From the NCBI GenBank assembly GCA_002347265.1, contig DDYB01000032.1, positions 86,850 to 150,849 on the forward strand: a stretch of 64,000 bases of DNA, given 5' to 3'. The position numbers and the translations under genes were made by a program. Below, one piece after another: positions 22,362-31,385 of this stretch. The notes beneath the pieces are model-generated. The model had not been told where the DNA came from. It ran no database searches and saw only the letters and a list, made by a program, of their open reading frames with translations. This DNA comes from Desulfobacteraceae bacterium UBA2245 (lineage in GTDB: Bacteria > Desulfobacterota > Desulfobacteria > Desulfobacterales > UBA2245). Within the stretch, counting starts at the first letter, position 1. Each line of letters opens with the position of its first letter.

Positions 22362-23753
22362 TCAGGCAAAAACTCTTTCACCCTCGATGATGCTTCCGCT
22401 GGAAATCACCACCTGAGACTTTGTCCGGTTTCGAATTGCCACCTCGCCTTTGAGAATCACATCTTTTTCAAAGGCCACATCGCCCTCGACCGTCAGGCGT
22501 CTGCAGTCGATCAGGGAAGGAACCCCGTTTGGAAACCGCTTTTCATATTCGTCGATTTTCCTGTAAACTCCCGGGTCTAGGTGAATCGTTATCATATCGA
22601 GCGTTCTTCTCGGGCTGATCGTCAGTCTTCCGTTGCCGCAAAATTCAAAACAATCCGATTGTACAGCCAGAAGCTCGCTGCAGGTTTTGACCGGGAAAAA
22701 ACGGGAACGTGGAACCCGAACGGCCGCTGCGCCTTCGAAGAGCGAAATGGCCGATCCCATGGCAGTTTCGATCTGATAAACTTTCGGGCTGGTTTCGTCT
22801 CGAGGATCCAGGTTTTTGGGATTGACGATTATGGGAAGATGAATGGATTGTCTGTGCGTCACCAGATCCTTGAGATAGCCCAGATGAATCCAGAGATTGT
22901 TGGTGTTGAAAAAGCAATGGGTGTCGATGTCCTCAAAAAAACGTCGGTCCTCTTGAGGGCACTGGGCGGCTTCGCGCAGGATCAGGCGTCCGGACTTCAT
23001 ACGGGCAAGGTGCCCGCCTTTTTTATCGGAAGCCGTTCGTCGGGTCACTTCCATCATAAAGGGGAAATCCTTTTCGGAAAAATACCCCAAAAGCCCCGGA
23101 TCCAAGCTGGCGCCCAGATTGTCGGAATTGCAGATAAACGCATACGAGATCCCCGACGCCAGAAGCTTGTCCAGAATGCCCGATGTGATCAGCGCCATGT
23201 ATACATCGCCGTGTCCTGGAGGGTTCCATTCCAGACCTGGATTTTGGGGCCAGGATGCGGGTCCAAGGGTCTGTTGAAGTATTTTGGGGAACTGGTGCTG
23301 CAGAAACAGCCAGGGACAGAGCTCGGGTTTGATTGTCGAAAGCGCTGACACCGTGTCATCATGGGTGTTGAAGCTGTTCATCAACGCCAGCCGGACGCCA
23401 TTGTCAGCCGCCTGTTTCAGGATGATATCGAGAAAGGTTTTGCCTTCCCGGACATGAATCAGGGATTTGGCCTTGGTCAACCCCATGCTGGTGCCCAACC
23501 CTCCGTTTAAAACGATCATGACGGCTTTGCCGAGAGCGCGCCTTCCGGCCGCCTCGAATCCGGTCAGATGTTCGGCATTCGCGAATTCATCGGCTTGGGC
23601 CGCAACAATTTTGTTTTCCGCGATCAGTCCGTCCTCACCGCTCAAAAGGGTTTGATAATAATGGGAAAAAGTTTCAATAACGATCGGTTGCAGGCCCGCG
23701 GATTTCATCTTCTCAACAAAAAGCGGCAAATGACCGGTTTCCGGGTGCGCCAT
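22362..23753 (-). CDS. UTP--glucose-1-phosphate uridylyltransferase, eukaryote-type (UDPGP family)
   Basis: LNGGLGTSMGL..AKS, LMNSFNT, WNPPGHGD, NSDNLGA, KKGGH, QIETAMGSAI, RFFPVKT; GGAGG SD. Confidence 0.9.
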   Translation of the reverse strand: MAHPETGHLPLFVEKMKSAGLQPIVIETFSHYYQTLLSGEDGLIAENKIVAAQADEFANAEHLTGFEAAGRRALGKAVMIVLNGGLGTSMGLTKAKSLIHVREGKTFLDIILKQAADNGVRLALMNSFNTHDDTVSALSTIKPELCPWLFLQHQFPKILQQTLGPASWPQNPGLEWNPPGHGDVYMALITSGILDKLLASGISYAFICNSDNLGASLDPGLLGYFSEKDFPFMMEVTRRTASDKKGGHLARMKSGRLILREAAQCPQEDRRFFEDIDTHCFFNTNNLWIHLGYLKDLVTHRQSIHLPIIVNPKNLDPRDETSPKVYQIETAMGSAISLFEGAAAVRVPRSRFFPVKTCSELLAVQSDCFEFCGNGRLTISPRRTLDMITIHLDPGVYRKIDEYEKRFPNGVPSLIDCRRLTVEGDVAFEKDVILKGEVAIRNRTKSQVVISSGSIIEGERVFA

Positions 23754-23836
23754 GAGGATCCTCCTGTTTATTAGATGTGTGACAAAACTTGAAAATACTG
23801 AAATTCAGGAAGAAATGCAAACAGTTCGAAATACCG

Positions 23837-24648
23837 ATGCGCGTTAAGAAACATCTCGGTTTTTCTTTTTTAAGAGCCGCCATCGCTCAGCGCATCCGGC
23901 AGATCGATGATCCGCGCCAGTCCGGAAAGGTCGCTCATTGTCTGCACGATGTGCTGATGAGCGGCTTTGCCATGATGTTTTTTCAGGACCTCTTTCTTCT
24001 GACCTGCCAGCGACGATTGCATGAACAAGCGCAGATCAACAACCTTCGCACGGTATTTGACAGCGGCAAGCCAGCCTACCGCAGCATTCTGGTTTAGTGG
24101 GTCAACGAGATCGGTTCCATGGACTGTGCGGGACGTTTTCAATTCATCGACAGAAAAGGCAAATGCCATAAGTATCATCGGGTTAACGACGCGCCGCTCA
24201 ATGGAACCGCAAATGCCGATCCGGGTAATTTTTTCCAGTACTGGATCATCGATGCCAAGGGAAAACGAGCTATCATAACAGCTGGGTAACCGACATCGCC
24301 GTTTCCGGAGATAACGTCCAAACCCTTGGAAAAGGTGGCCGCACACGATGGAAGATCGAAAACGAAACCTTTAACGCATTAAAGAACCAGGGCTGCCCCA
24401 TCGAGCACAACTAGGGTCACGGTCGGCAACATCTTTCGATGACTTTTCTAGTTCTGAACCTGCTTGCGTTTTTTGTTCATCAGATCCTGGAACTCTGTGA
24501 CCTGCCGTACCGGCGGTGTCGGGAAAAGTTTTCTTCCCGACGGGAGTGCTGGAACCAGTTACGATATGCCTTTCGAATCCTGCTGTTCAAAGATTATTAC
24601 CACTTGCTCGATTTCATTTTTAACCCGCCCATACTTCGAGCGCCGTAA
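23837..24648 (+). pseudogene. Decayed ISNCY-type transposase
   Basis: Homologous to 25069-26373 (RVKKHLGFS...MMFFQD; RWKIENETFN.LKNQG). Has a ~165-codon internal deletion removing both catalytic Asp, TAG stops at 24095 and 24412, and a frameshift near 24270. Confidence 0.9.
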
Positions 24649-24854
24649 GGAAACGCTCTGCCTTGTCTCCAATATCCTGGCCGCTCTGAATGGAGCGCAC
24701 CCCAATGCTCACCTGCGCCCCATTGCCCTGACTGCATGACTTCTGTCGGTCTGTTATGGACTCTATCGTGCAAAATAACAGCAAAACCGCTCGCCCGTTC
24801 TCTCCAAACCCAGTAGAACAATGCGCTGCCGGTTCATTCATCATAACCGGTCTC

Positions 24855-24871
24855 TTCGCTGAGAATTGCTG
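24855..24871 (+). repeat. Probable right terminal inverted repeat of the decayed IS
   Basis: TTCGCTGAGAATTGCTG is 14/17 identical to the right IR of the intact copy; 223 bp after its stop vs 219 bp in the intact element. Confidence 0.7.
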
Positions 24872-24880
24872 CACAATGTG

Positions 24881-26592
24881 CAGCAATTCTAACTGAATAT
24901 TGTTCATTGTTTCAGGCATGGGTTTTTGTGATTTTTCAAAATTATTTTTCGCAAAGGCAAAGCCTGCGATTTTTACAACTGATTGAATTAACTCAATAAA
25001 ATAAGTCTAGACATAACCCCTAAATATTGTTATATACTCTAACAGAACACCAATATGCAGGGGTTATTGTGCACGTTAAAAAACATCTGGGCTTTAGCGC
25101 ACTGCGCAAATCGATCGGCCAGGTCTTCGGCCAGATCGATGATCGCAGGCAATCGGGCAAGGTCGATTTTTCCTTGCACGATTGCCTCATGAGCGCTTTG
25201 GCGATGATGTTTTTTCAAGACCCCTCGCTGCTTGCCTTTCAGCGCCGCATGCAAGATCGCATGCATTGCAGCAATTTAAAAACCATGTTCGCGGTAAAGG
25301 CCATCCCCAGTGACGCTGTATTGCGAAAAAACATGGACCCTATTGGTACGGAAGATATCGATCCTTGCTTTGCGATCTTGTTCAGTCACCTGCAGCGGGG
25401 CAAGCAGCTGTTGCTCTACCAATTGGATAGCGGGCATTACCTGATCGCGCTGGATGGCTCGCAGTACTTTTCTTCCGATAAAATCAACTGCCCGAGCTGT
25501 TTGACCTACAAAGGCAGCAAGAGCAAGTTGCGCTACTCGCATCAAATCCTGCAGGCCGTGCTGCTTCATCCCAATATGCGCCAGGTGATACCGCTTGCCC
25601 CGGAGCCGATCATCAGGGCCGATGGATCCGATAAAAACGACTGTGAGCGCTGCGCGGGCAAAAGGCTGATTGCCAAAATCCGCTCAACCCATCCGAAGTT
25701 AAACATCATGGTCACCGGCGATGGCCTTTACTCTAATCAGCCTTTTATTGACGCGCTCAAAGCCAATGCCATGTCCTTTGTGCTGGTGGCCAAACCCAGC
25801 GATCACAAAATCTTGTTCCAATGGGTCGAAGAACTCGATGGCCTGGCCGGCGTTGAACACATCGAGTTTTGCGACCAGAAAGGCCGGCGCCACCATTACC
25901 GCTGGATCAACCAGGTGCCGTTAAACGGCGCCCGTGGTGCGGACCTTATCAATTTTTTTGAGTATTGGCTCACCGTGGATCAAAAAGTCACCTATCATAA
26001 CAGCTGGGTTACCGACCAGACGCTAAGCAGGCAAAACATTGTTGAACTGGTCAAGGCTGGACGGGCCCGCTGGAAAATCGAAAACGAAACGTTCAATACA
26101 CTCAAAAATCAAGGCTACCATCTCGAACACAATTTCGGCCATGGCCAGCAAAATTTATCGAACAACTTTTTCGTGCTCAACCTGCTGGCCTTTTTCATCC
26201 ATCAGATCCTTGAGTTGTGCGACTCTGGCTATCAGTATTGTCGTTCAAAGTTCAGTTCCCGAAAAGAGTATTGGAACAACCTGCGCGCAGCGATCCATCT
26301 GATGCTGTTTCGTGATTTTGAACACCTGTTGCGCTATGTGGCCAATCCGCATGAAATCTGGGCTCCCGACTGACAGGCAATCTGATAACATCCCATCTTA
26401 AAAAATGATCCGTCACTGCCGATGGTGGATACCTGTTGCCATCGCCTTTCTTAAAAATCCTATGCACACTGGATCTGGCCGAAACTTGGCCGCCCAACAC
26501 TCGAAAATACACTTCCAATTGTCAACTTCGTGCCTCACCCTCCCTTTACCACCCCCTGCTTGCGTCATTTGAATGTTCAGTTAGAATTGCTG
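24881..26592 (+). mobile_element. Intact insertion sequence, ISNCY-type (1712 bp)
   Basis: Perfect 17-bp terminal IRs CAGCAATTCTAACTGAA (24881-24897) / TTCAGTTAGAATTGCTG (26576-26592), extending to 21 bp with one mismatch, around one transposase. No target-site duplication seen. Confidence 0.85.
25069..26373 (+). CDS. DDE transposase, ISNCY type (IS4-like fold)
   Basis: GTG start aligns with the paralog ATG. Catalytic LIALDGSQ, VTGDGLYS, RWKIENETFNTLK. Internal TAGACA-17-TATATA promoter at 25008-25036. Confidence 0.92.
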   Translation: MHVKKHLGFSALRKSIGQVFGQIDDRRQSGKVDFSLHDCLMSALAMMFFQDPSLLAFQRRMQDRMHCSNLKTMFAVKAIPSDAVLRKNMDPIGTEDIDPCFAILFSHLQRGKQLLLYQLDSGHYLIALDGSQYFSSDKINCPSCLTYKGSKSKLRYSHQILQAVLLHPNMRQVIPLAPEPIIRADGSDKNDCERCAGKRLIAKIRSTHPKLNIMVTGDGLYSNQPFIDALKANAMSFVLVAKPSDHKILFQWVEELDGLAGVEHIEFCDQKGRRHHYRWINQVPLNGARGADLINFFEYWLTVDQKVTYHNSWVTDQTLSRQNIVELVKAGRARWKIENETFNTLKNQGYHLEHNFGHGQQNLSNNFFVLNLLAFFIHQILELCDSGYQYCRSKFSSRKEYWNNLRAAIHLMLFRDFEHLLRYVANPHEIWAPD

Positions 26593-26609
26593 GCTTGCGA
26601 AATTACAGC

Positions 26610-26681
26610 TTGACGAATCAAAAATTTTAGATTCTAATAACAAGTTTTTATGTTGACTTCTGGAATGGGGCTAAATAACAT
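26610..26681 (+). promoter_or_regulatory. Two tandem sigma70-like promoters upstream of the Cys-rich protein gene
   Basis: TTGACG-17-TCTAAT (26610-26638) and TTGACT-17-TAACAT (26653-26681). Confidence 0.5.
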
Positions 26682-27196
26682 ATAAATATATAAAGTGAGC
26701 ATCTTTTCGCAGCGACCCCTCCGATTGTACGTTTCTGGATTCTGAAAGATTTTATAATCGTCTTTTCCGTGCGGGCGACCTCTTTATTCAGATAAACCTC
26801 CACCAGGGAGGTGTGCAATGAACAAGAAACTGAAGTTCTGCATTTCTGTCTCCTGACAGGTTTTTTCGCCTGGTGGGAGAAGCTGGCAACATTTCTAAAC
26901 TTCAGCCACATCAATGTTTTTAAGCCTTTGATCGCGACGAAGCCGTGCGGCGCGTTGTGAAAAAAAGAGCTGTTTGTATGAGGTGCGGTTATGTCAAACA
27001 AGGCTTTGGTGTATTTCAAAATACCCATACAGCCGCCCAGCAGTGGCGCATGCCATTCCTGGGCGTGAAAACATGGCGGTCGGAGATGGTTTTTTTAACA
27101 TCGGGCACAATGATTCAAGGTTGTGCGGGATGGAGAAAAAACCAGGCGAAGAAAATGGACCTGTATTTTCAATTCTCGGAAAAAGGAGGTACGGGT

Positions 27197-28885
27197 ATGA
27201 AGATTTCGATACAAACGGTATGTGTTGGAGTTGCGCTCGTCTTTTCCGTATTTTTTCTATCGGGCGCAAGCACTGTGTTCGGGGCAGACGGGGCGGGTTT
27301 GTTTGAACTGGAGGGCAATGCCGTCCAGGACGATACTGAGCCCCCCCCTGACGATTGGGAGACCCTTTACGGTGGCGCCGGCGCCGCTGACCCCTCTATA
27401 TTTGAGCATGAGGGTACGGGCGTGACCATCTTCACGGGCGGCCGGAAGGACATTCAGAACATTCCGGAATGGGGCTACAAGGACGGCGCTGTGCCGGACA
27501 AGGACGATATCCTCGATGCCTTTGGCGCGGCTTATAATGATAATGGAGATCTGGTTGTCTATTTCGGCGCTGACCGTATCTCCAATGTCGGGGATGCCTA
27601 TATGGGCTTCTGGTTCTTCAAGCAGCAGGTCAGCCTGGATGGAAACGGCGGGTTCATTGGAGAGCACGAATTCGGCGATATTCTGGTGCTGGTGAACTTT
27701 CCGCAGGCTACGAACGCGGAACCCCTGGTGCAGGTGGTCGAGTGGGATACCAGTTGTTCCAAAGCGGACAGCAACACCCCCACGGTCGGTCAATGCGCCG
27801 CGGCTAACCTCAGACTGCTTGCGGGCGTTTCGGGCGCAGGCGCGATTTGCTCGGATACAGGGTATGTGGGCGCCTCTGGTGCATGTGCCATCACCAACGA
27901 GGAGGGCGGCCCCTATCATCTTACGACCTCGCCATGGCCTTACACGTCCAAGGACGGGTACGTGAACCAGTTTCCGTATGAAACATTCTTTGAGGGCGGA
28001 ATCAACCTGACCCAGCTTGTCGGGGGAGACACCTGCTACAGCAGCTTTATGGCCGAGACGCGTTCTTCAAGTTCGTTCACCGCATCGCTCAAGGATTTCG
28101 TTCTGGATTCCTTCCCGGTGTGCGCGATCTCCGTGACCAAGGACTGCGCCAATCCGAGATTCAGCGCCGATGATAATTATATCATCTATGACATTGCCGG
28201 CGCGGTCACGAATGACGGTTCCGCCACGGTGTACAACGTCAGCCTTGTCGACGTTCCCGCCTTTGATTCGGGTTCCCTGAACTGGTCCGGCAGCACCGCC
28301 TCCCTGGCCGGGGGTGCGAGCATCACCTACTTGGCGACCATTACAGTACCTAAAAATCAGAACGGACCTTCGGATCAGGTGACGGCAAAGGCTTACACGC
28401 TTCCGGCAGGCGGTACTGCGCTGACCGCTTCGGCTACGGATACCTGTCCGCAACTGCAGATCAGTCCCGAGCTTTCCGTTACCAAATCCTGCAGCTCCAT
28501 CGTTACAACGATGAATGACCCCGTGCAGGTCGTGGCTCGGGTGAATGTTTCCGGCGAGGTCTGCAACATCGGCGACACGCCGTTGTTCAACGTGGCGGTT
28601 GTAGATAATGAAGCCGGCACCCTGCTCTCGGGTCAGTACCTGGTCGAGCCGGATGATCCAGCAAATCCGGGCGACACCGAAGGTGCCTGCAAGACTTACA
28701 GCGGCTCGTATATCCCGTCCGAGGCCCTTGTATTCGATGGTTCGGCATCGACCACCGATCCTTCACTGGTTTATTTCAGGGATAGCGTGACGGCCACCGC
28801 TACCGATATTTTTGGAGCCCCTGTGACGCCACAATACGCCAATGCAAAATGCCCGCTCTGTCCGGAATGTGAGGAGTGCCCGTGA
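27197..28885 (+). CDS. Exported Cys-rich protein with two DUF11-like Ig repeats (putative adhesin/matrix protein)
   Basis: AAGGAGGT SD 6 nt before ATG 27197; signal peptide; FELEGNAVQD..PPPDDW and VPDKDDILDAFGAAY domain; two VTKxC...N.G...NV..VD repeats; ends CPLCPECEECP. Confidence 0.75.
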   Translation: MKISIQTVCVGVALVFSVFFLSGASTVFGADGAGLFELEGNAVQDDTEPPPDDWETLYGGAGAADPSIFEHEGTGVTIFTGGRKDIQNIPEWGYKDGAVPDKDDILDAFGAAYNDNGDLVVYFGADRISNVGDAYMGFWFFKQQVSLDGNGGFIGEHEFGDILVLVNFPQATNAEPLVQVVEWDTSCSKADSNTPTVGQCAAANLRLLAGVSGAGAICSDTGYVGASGACAITNEEGGPYHLTTSPWPYTSKDGYVNQFPYETFFEGGINLTQLVGGDTCYSSFMAETRSSSSFTASLKDFVLDSFPVCAISVTKDCANPRFSADDNYIIYDIAGAVTNDGSATVYNVSLVDVPAFDSGSLNWSGSTASLAGGASITYLATITVPKNQNGPSDQVTAKAYTLPAGGTALTASATDTCPQLQISPELSVTKSCSSIVTTMNDPVQVVARVNVSGEVCNIGDTPLFNVAVVDNEAGTLLSGQYLVEPDDPANPGDTEGACKTYSGSYIPSEALVFDGSASTTDPSLVYFRDSVTATATDIFGAPVTPQYANAKCPLCPECEECP

Positions 28886-28924
28886 CATCGGAAGGGCCGG
28901 CCGACTGTTAGTGGTAACCTGAGG

Positions 28925-28959
28925 GGGGCGGTGGGAGTGATCCCACCGCCCCTTTTATT
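28925..28959 (+). terminator. Rho-independent terminator between convergent accessory genes
   Basis: 12-bp stem GGGGCGGTGGGA/TCCCACCGCCCC, 4-nt loop, then TTTTATT. Confidence 0.85.
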
Positions 28960-29011
28960 CAGGCGGGGATATGAGCGCGGCGGCGCCGAGCGGACCGAGA
29001 GACGAGGCGCG

Positions 29012-31318
29012 CTACCTGGTTTTTGTAAACGACACCTGAACCGCTGCCGTTGCCTCGCATATGCCGTCCGTGATGGTATAGAAGAAACTGTCTTTCCCCT
29101 TGGCTTTGGGCACGGGGGTGTAGGTCGCCCTGCCGCTGGCGTCGAATGTCACGGTTCCCATGGAACCCTGTGTGAATCCCTTCACCGTCAGCGGATCATT
29201 GTCCGGATCCGAATCGTTGTTGAGTACGTATATGACCACTGGTGCGAGCTTTGTCGTTGAGGCGCTGTCATCAACGGCGACGGGCGCCTCATTATCCGAT
29301 TGCCGGCTCACGATATACGTCAACGAAGCCGAGGCTGCGCAGGCGGGATCACCGATGTCCTGCGCCGTAATGTCTATGGTATAGGAAGCAACCGCCGCAG
29401 AGGGCGCCGATGTGATCTCCAGGGTGGTAGCGGCGCTCGCACCCGGCTGTACCTCCAGGCGATCCGTGCCCCAGACGGCGGTCCATCCCTGCGGAATGAC
29501 GGCCGCCAGGTCAAAGAAGACGCCTGTGCAGCTGGCGCTGCCGGTATTGCTGACCGTAACGGTATAGGTTGCGGTCGTACCGGCCGCCACCCACTGACTT
29601 TCGGCAGGCGAAATCGCCACAATCGGATTGGTGCGCACGCAGATTGGCGTATCGAAGCTGACAGCCACCGACGCGGTGCCGCCGTTTCCGGAGAGGCTGG
29701 TAATCCATATACCGTTTCCAGGATCGGCAAATGTTCGCCCGAATACAAGCGCCGGATCTCCCCAGTCCCACGTCAACGAGCTGCCGGGCGTCATATCCAG
29801 CAGAACGCTGCTTCCGGGGTCAGACTCGTTTGCCATGTGCACCACCACCCCGTTGAGGTTGAGCATGTAATTGCTGCCGGCGAGGAAATCGTCGAAACCC
29901 AGGGCCTGACGGTATTCGATGTAGTACCACGTCTTTCCGCCGGTAACCGGGTCTGTGTCTTTCAGTACTTTCAGGGCGTTGGGCGTCGCATCGCGGTCCG
30001 TTTCGTAAGCTTCCAGCGTGTAGGTGCCGGATCTGTCGGCAGTGATGATATCATTCAGATTGGGGTCCAGCCAGCCAAGCCGCTCTTTCTGGAAGGCGTT
30101 GAAGTGTCCGACCGATTGATTCCCCATGATGTCCATGGTGTCACCGTATGGATATACCACGAAATCACCGCCGAGGGTCGTATCGCCGCACTCGAGGGCG
30201 GCGGAGTGAAAAAGTCCCAGATTATGACCCAATTCGTGGCCGACCGTCTTTAACCTGAACCAGCTTCCGTTGATCCATGCCTCGGAGGGATTGCCGCCGA
30301 CAGTGCCCGAACCCGAAGGAAAGCAGGGGGTTTGAGGGAAGACATAGATGTAGCGGTTAAAGGCGGAAAGGCTTACTCCCGCGTTTCGAGCCGCTTCCTG
30401 GGCAAGTCGGGCCACCTCGGCGGTTTTGCAGGTGGTGCTGTCGGTCGGCTGATCAAAGGGCAGCGTGTACCAGCCGTAAACCTCGCCGGTGAGCCAGGTC
30501 TGGCCGAAAGAACTCTCTTTGAAAAAATCGTTTACCGTGCCGAATACCAAGTCCCGCGCCTCTTCAACCGTCCAGGGCTCATTGGTCGGATCATTTCGAA
30601 AATTCACCAGCAGGACCAATGTGCGCTGCTCGCCGATGGTGTTGGGCAGCACCGCCGCCGAAGCTGCGCCCGCGGTCACGGATTCTTCACCGTCCAGCGC
30701 CAGGATTTGCAGGCCGGTCTCTCCGGACTCCAATGCCATGGCATCGTCCATCTGCACCCCACGGGCTCGCACCCGCAAGCCGCTGAGAACTCTGGGCGGC
30801 CGGGCTTTGAAGTAAAGCGAAATACGTTCACCGTTCACATTCAGAAGGTAACGAAGGCGGCTGCCGTCCTCGTAATCCTCTTCGATTACCTCCAGTGTGC
30901 CCTCCAGTTCGCGCCACTGTTCGATGAATGTCCGTACCAAAGCCGGCATTCCGTTATTCAGCCGTTTGGGCAGGGCGAGCCGCAGCACCTCGCCCGGATC
31001 GACCTCGATCAGCGAAAGAAGAAGCTGCCAGCGCTCGACCGCCGGATTGATGAGTTCGCCCTGCAGTTTTGACCGTTCGGCTGGACCGGCGGACAGGTAG
31101 CGGTTCATCAGGCCAACCAGGTGGTTTGTCAGGTGCTCTGCGTCGGCGGCCGCTCCGGCATCAGGGGTGGGCTGGGTGAGGGAAACCCCTGATGTGTCAG
31201 AGAACACAATCCCGAAAGCCAAAAGAATGACGAAGATCAGACGAAAGATGGGATACGAAATTCTCTGCAAGGAGAAAGGGTTCAAAAAGATTGATTTAAA
31301 TACAGGTCTCGGGTTCAT
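29012..31318 (-). CDS. Exported zinc metalloprotease (M11/gametolysin-like) with NEW3-like and Ig/cadherin-like (Big_9) domains
   Basis: HELGHNLGLFH metzincin motif, Met-turn GDTMDIMG; TYTVTVSNTG...PQGW NEW3-like; NEAPVAVDD...VLNNDSDPDND Big_9-like; hydrophobic N-terminus; AAAGGAGG SD. Confidence 0.85.
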   Translation of the reverse strand: MNPRPVFKSIFLNPFSLQRISYPIFRLIFVILLAFGIVFSDTSGVSLTQPTPDAGAAADAEHLTNHLVGLMNRYLSAGPAERSKLQGELINPAVERWQLLLSLIEVDPGEVLRLALPKRLNNGMPALVRTFIEQWRELEGTLEVIEEDYEDGSRLRYLLNVNGERISLYFKARPPRVLSGLRVRARGVQMDDAMALESGETGLQILALDGEESVTAGAASAAVLPNTIGEQRTLVLLVNFRNDPTNEPWTVEEARDLVFGTVNDFFKESSFGQTWLTGEVYGWYTLPFDQPTDSTTCKTAEVARLAQEAARNAGVSLSAFNRYIYVFPQTPCFPSGSGTVGGNPSEAWINGSWFRLKTVGHELGHNLGLFHSAALECGDTTLGGDFVVYPYGDTMDIMGNQSVGHFNAFQKERLGWLDPNLNDIITADRSGTYTLEAYETDRDATPNALKVLKDTDPVTGGKTWYYIEYRQALGFDDFLAGSNYMLNLNGVVVHMANESDPGSSVLLDMTPGSSLTWDWGDPALVFGRTFADPGNGIWITSLSGNGGTASVAVSFDTPICVRTNPIVAISPAESQWVAAGTTATYTVTVSNTGSASCTGVFFDLAAVIPQGWTAVWGTDRLEVQPGASAATTLEITSAPSAAVASYTIDITAQDIGDPACAASASLTYIVSRQSDNEAPVAVDDSASTTKLAPVVIYVLNNDSDPDNDPLTVKGFTQGSMGTVTFDASGRATYTPVPKAKGKDSFFYTITDGICEATAAVQVSFTKTR

Positions 31319-31385
31319 AAAAAAGCCTCCTTTGTTGATGGTACCGGAGGACTCCTTACTGCCCGATGCCGATAAGATGGTCTCT

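Noticed and set aside
24620-24919. 99-aa minus-strand ORF between the two transposases
   Set aside because: Spans the IS IR junction and non-coding IS ends; no SD or motif; treated as spurious.
26945-27196. 84-codon N-terminal extension of the Cys-rich protein (also extensions at 9299-9817, 17606-17800, 43351-43617, 6628-6723)
   Set aside because: Downstream starts have better SD, signal peptides or family N-termini; the extensions overlap other genes or regulatory DNA.
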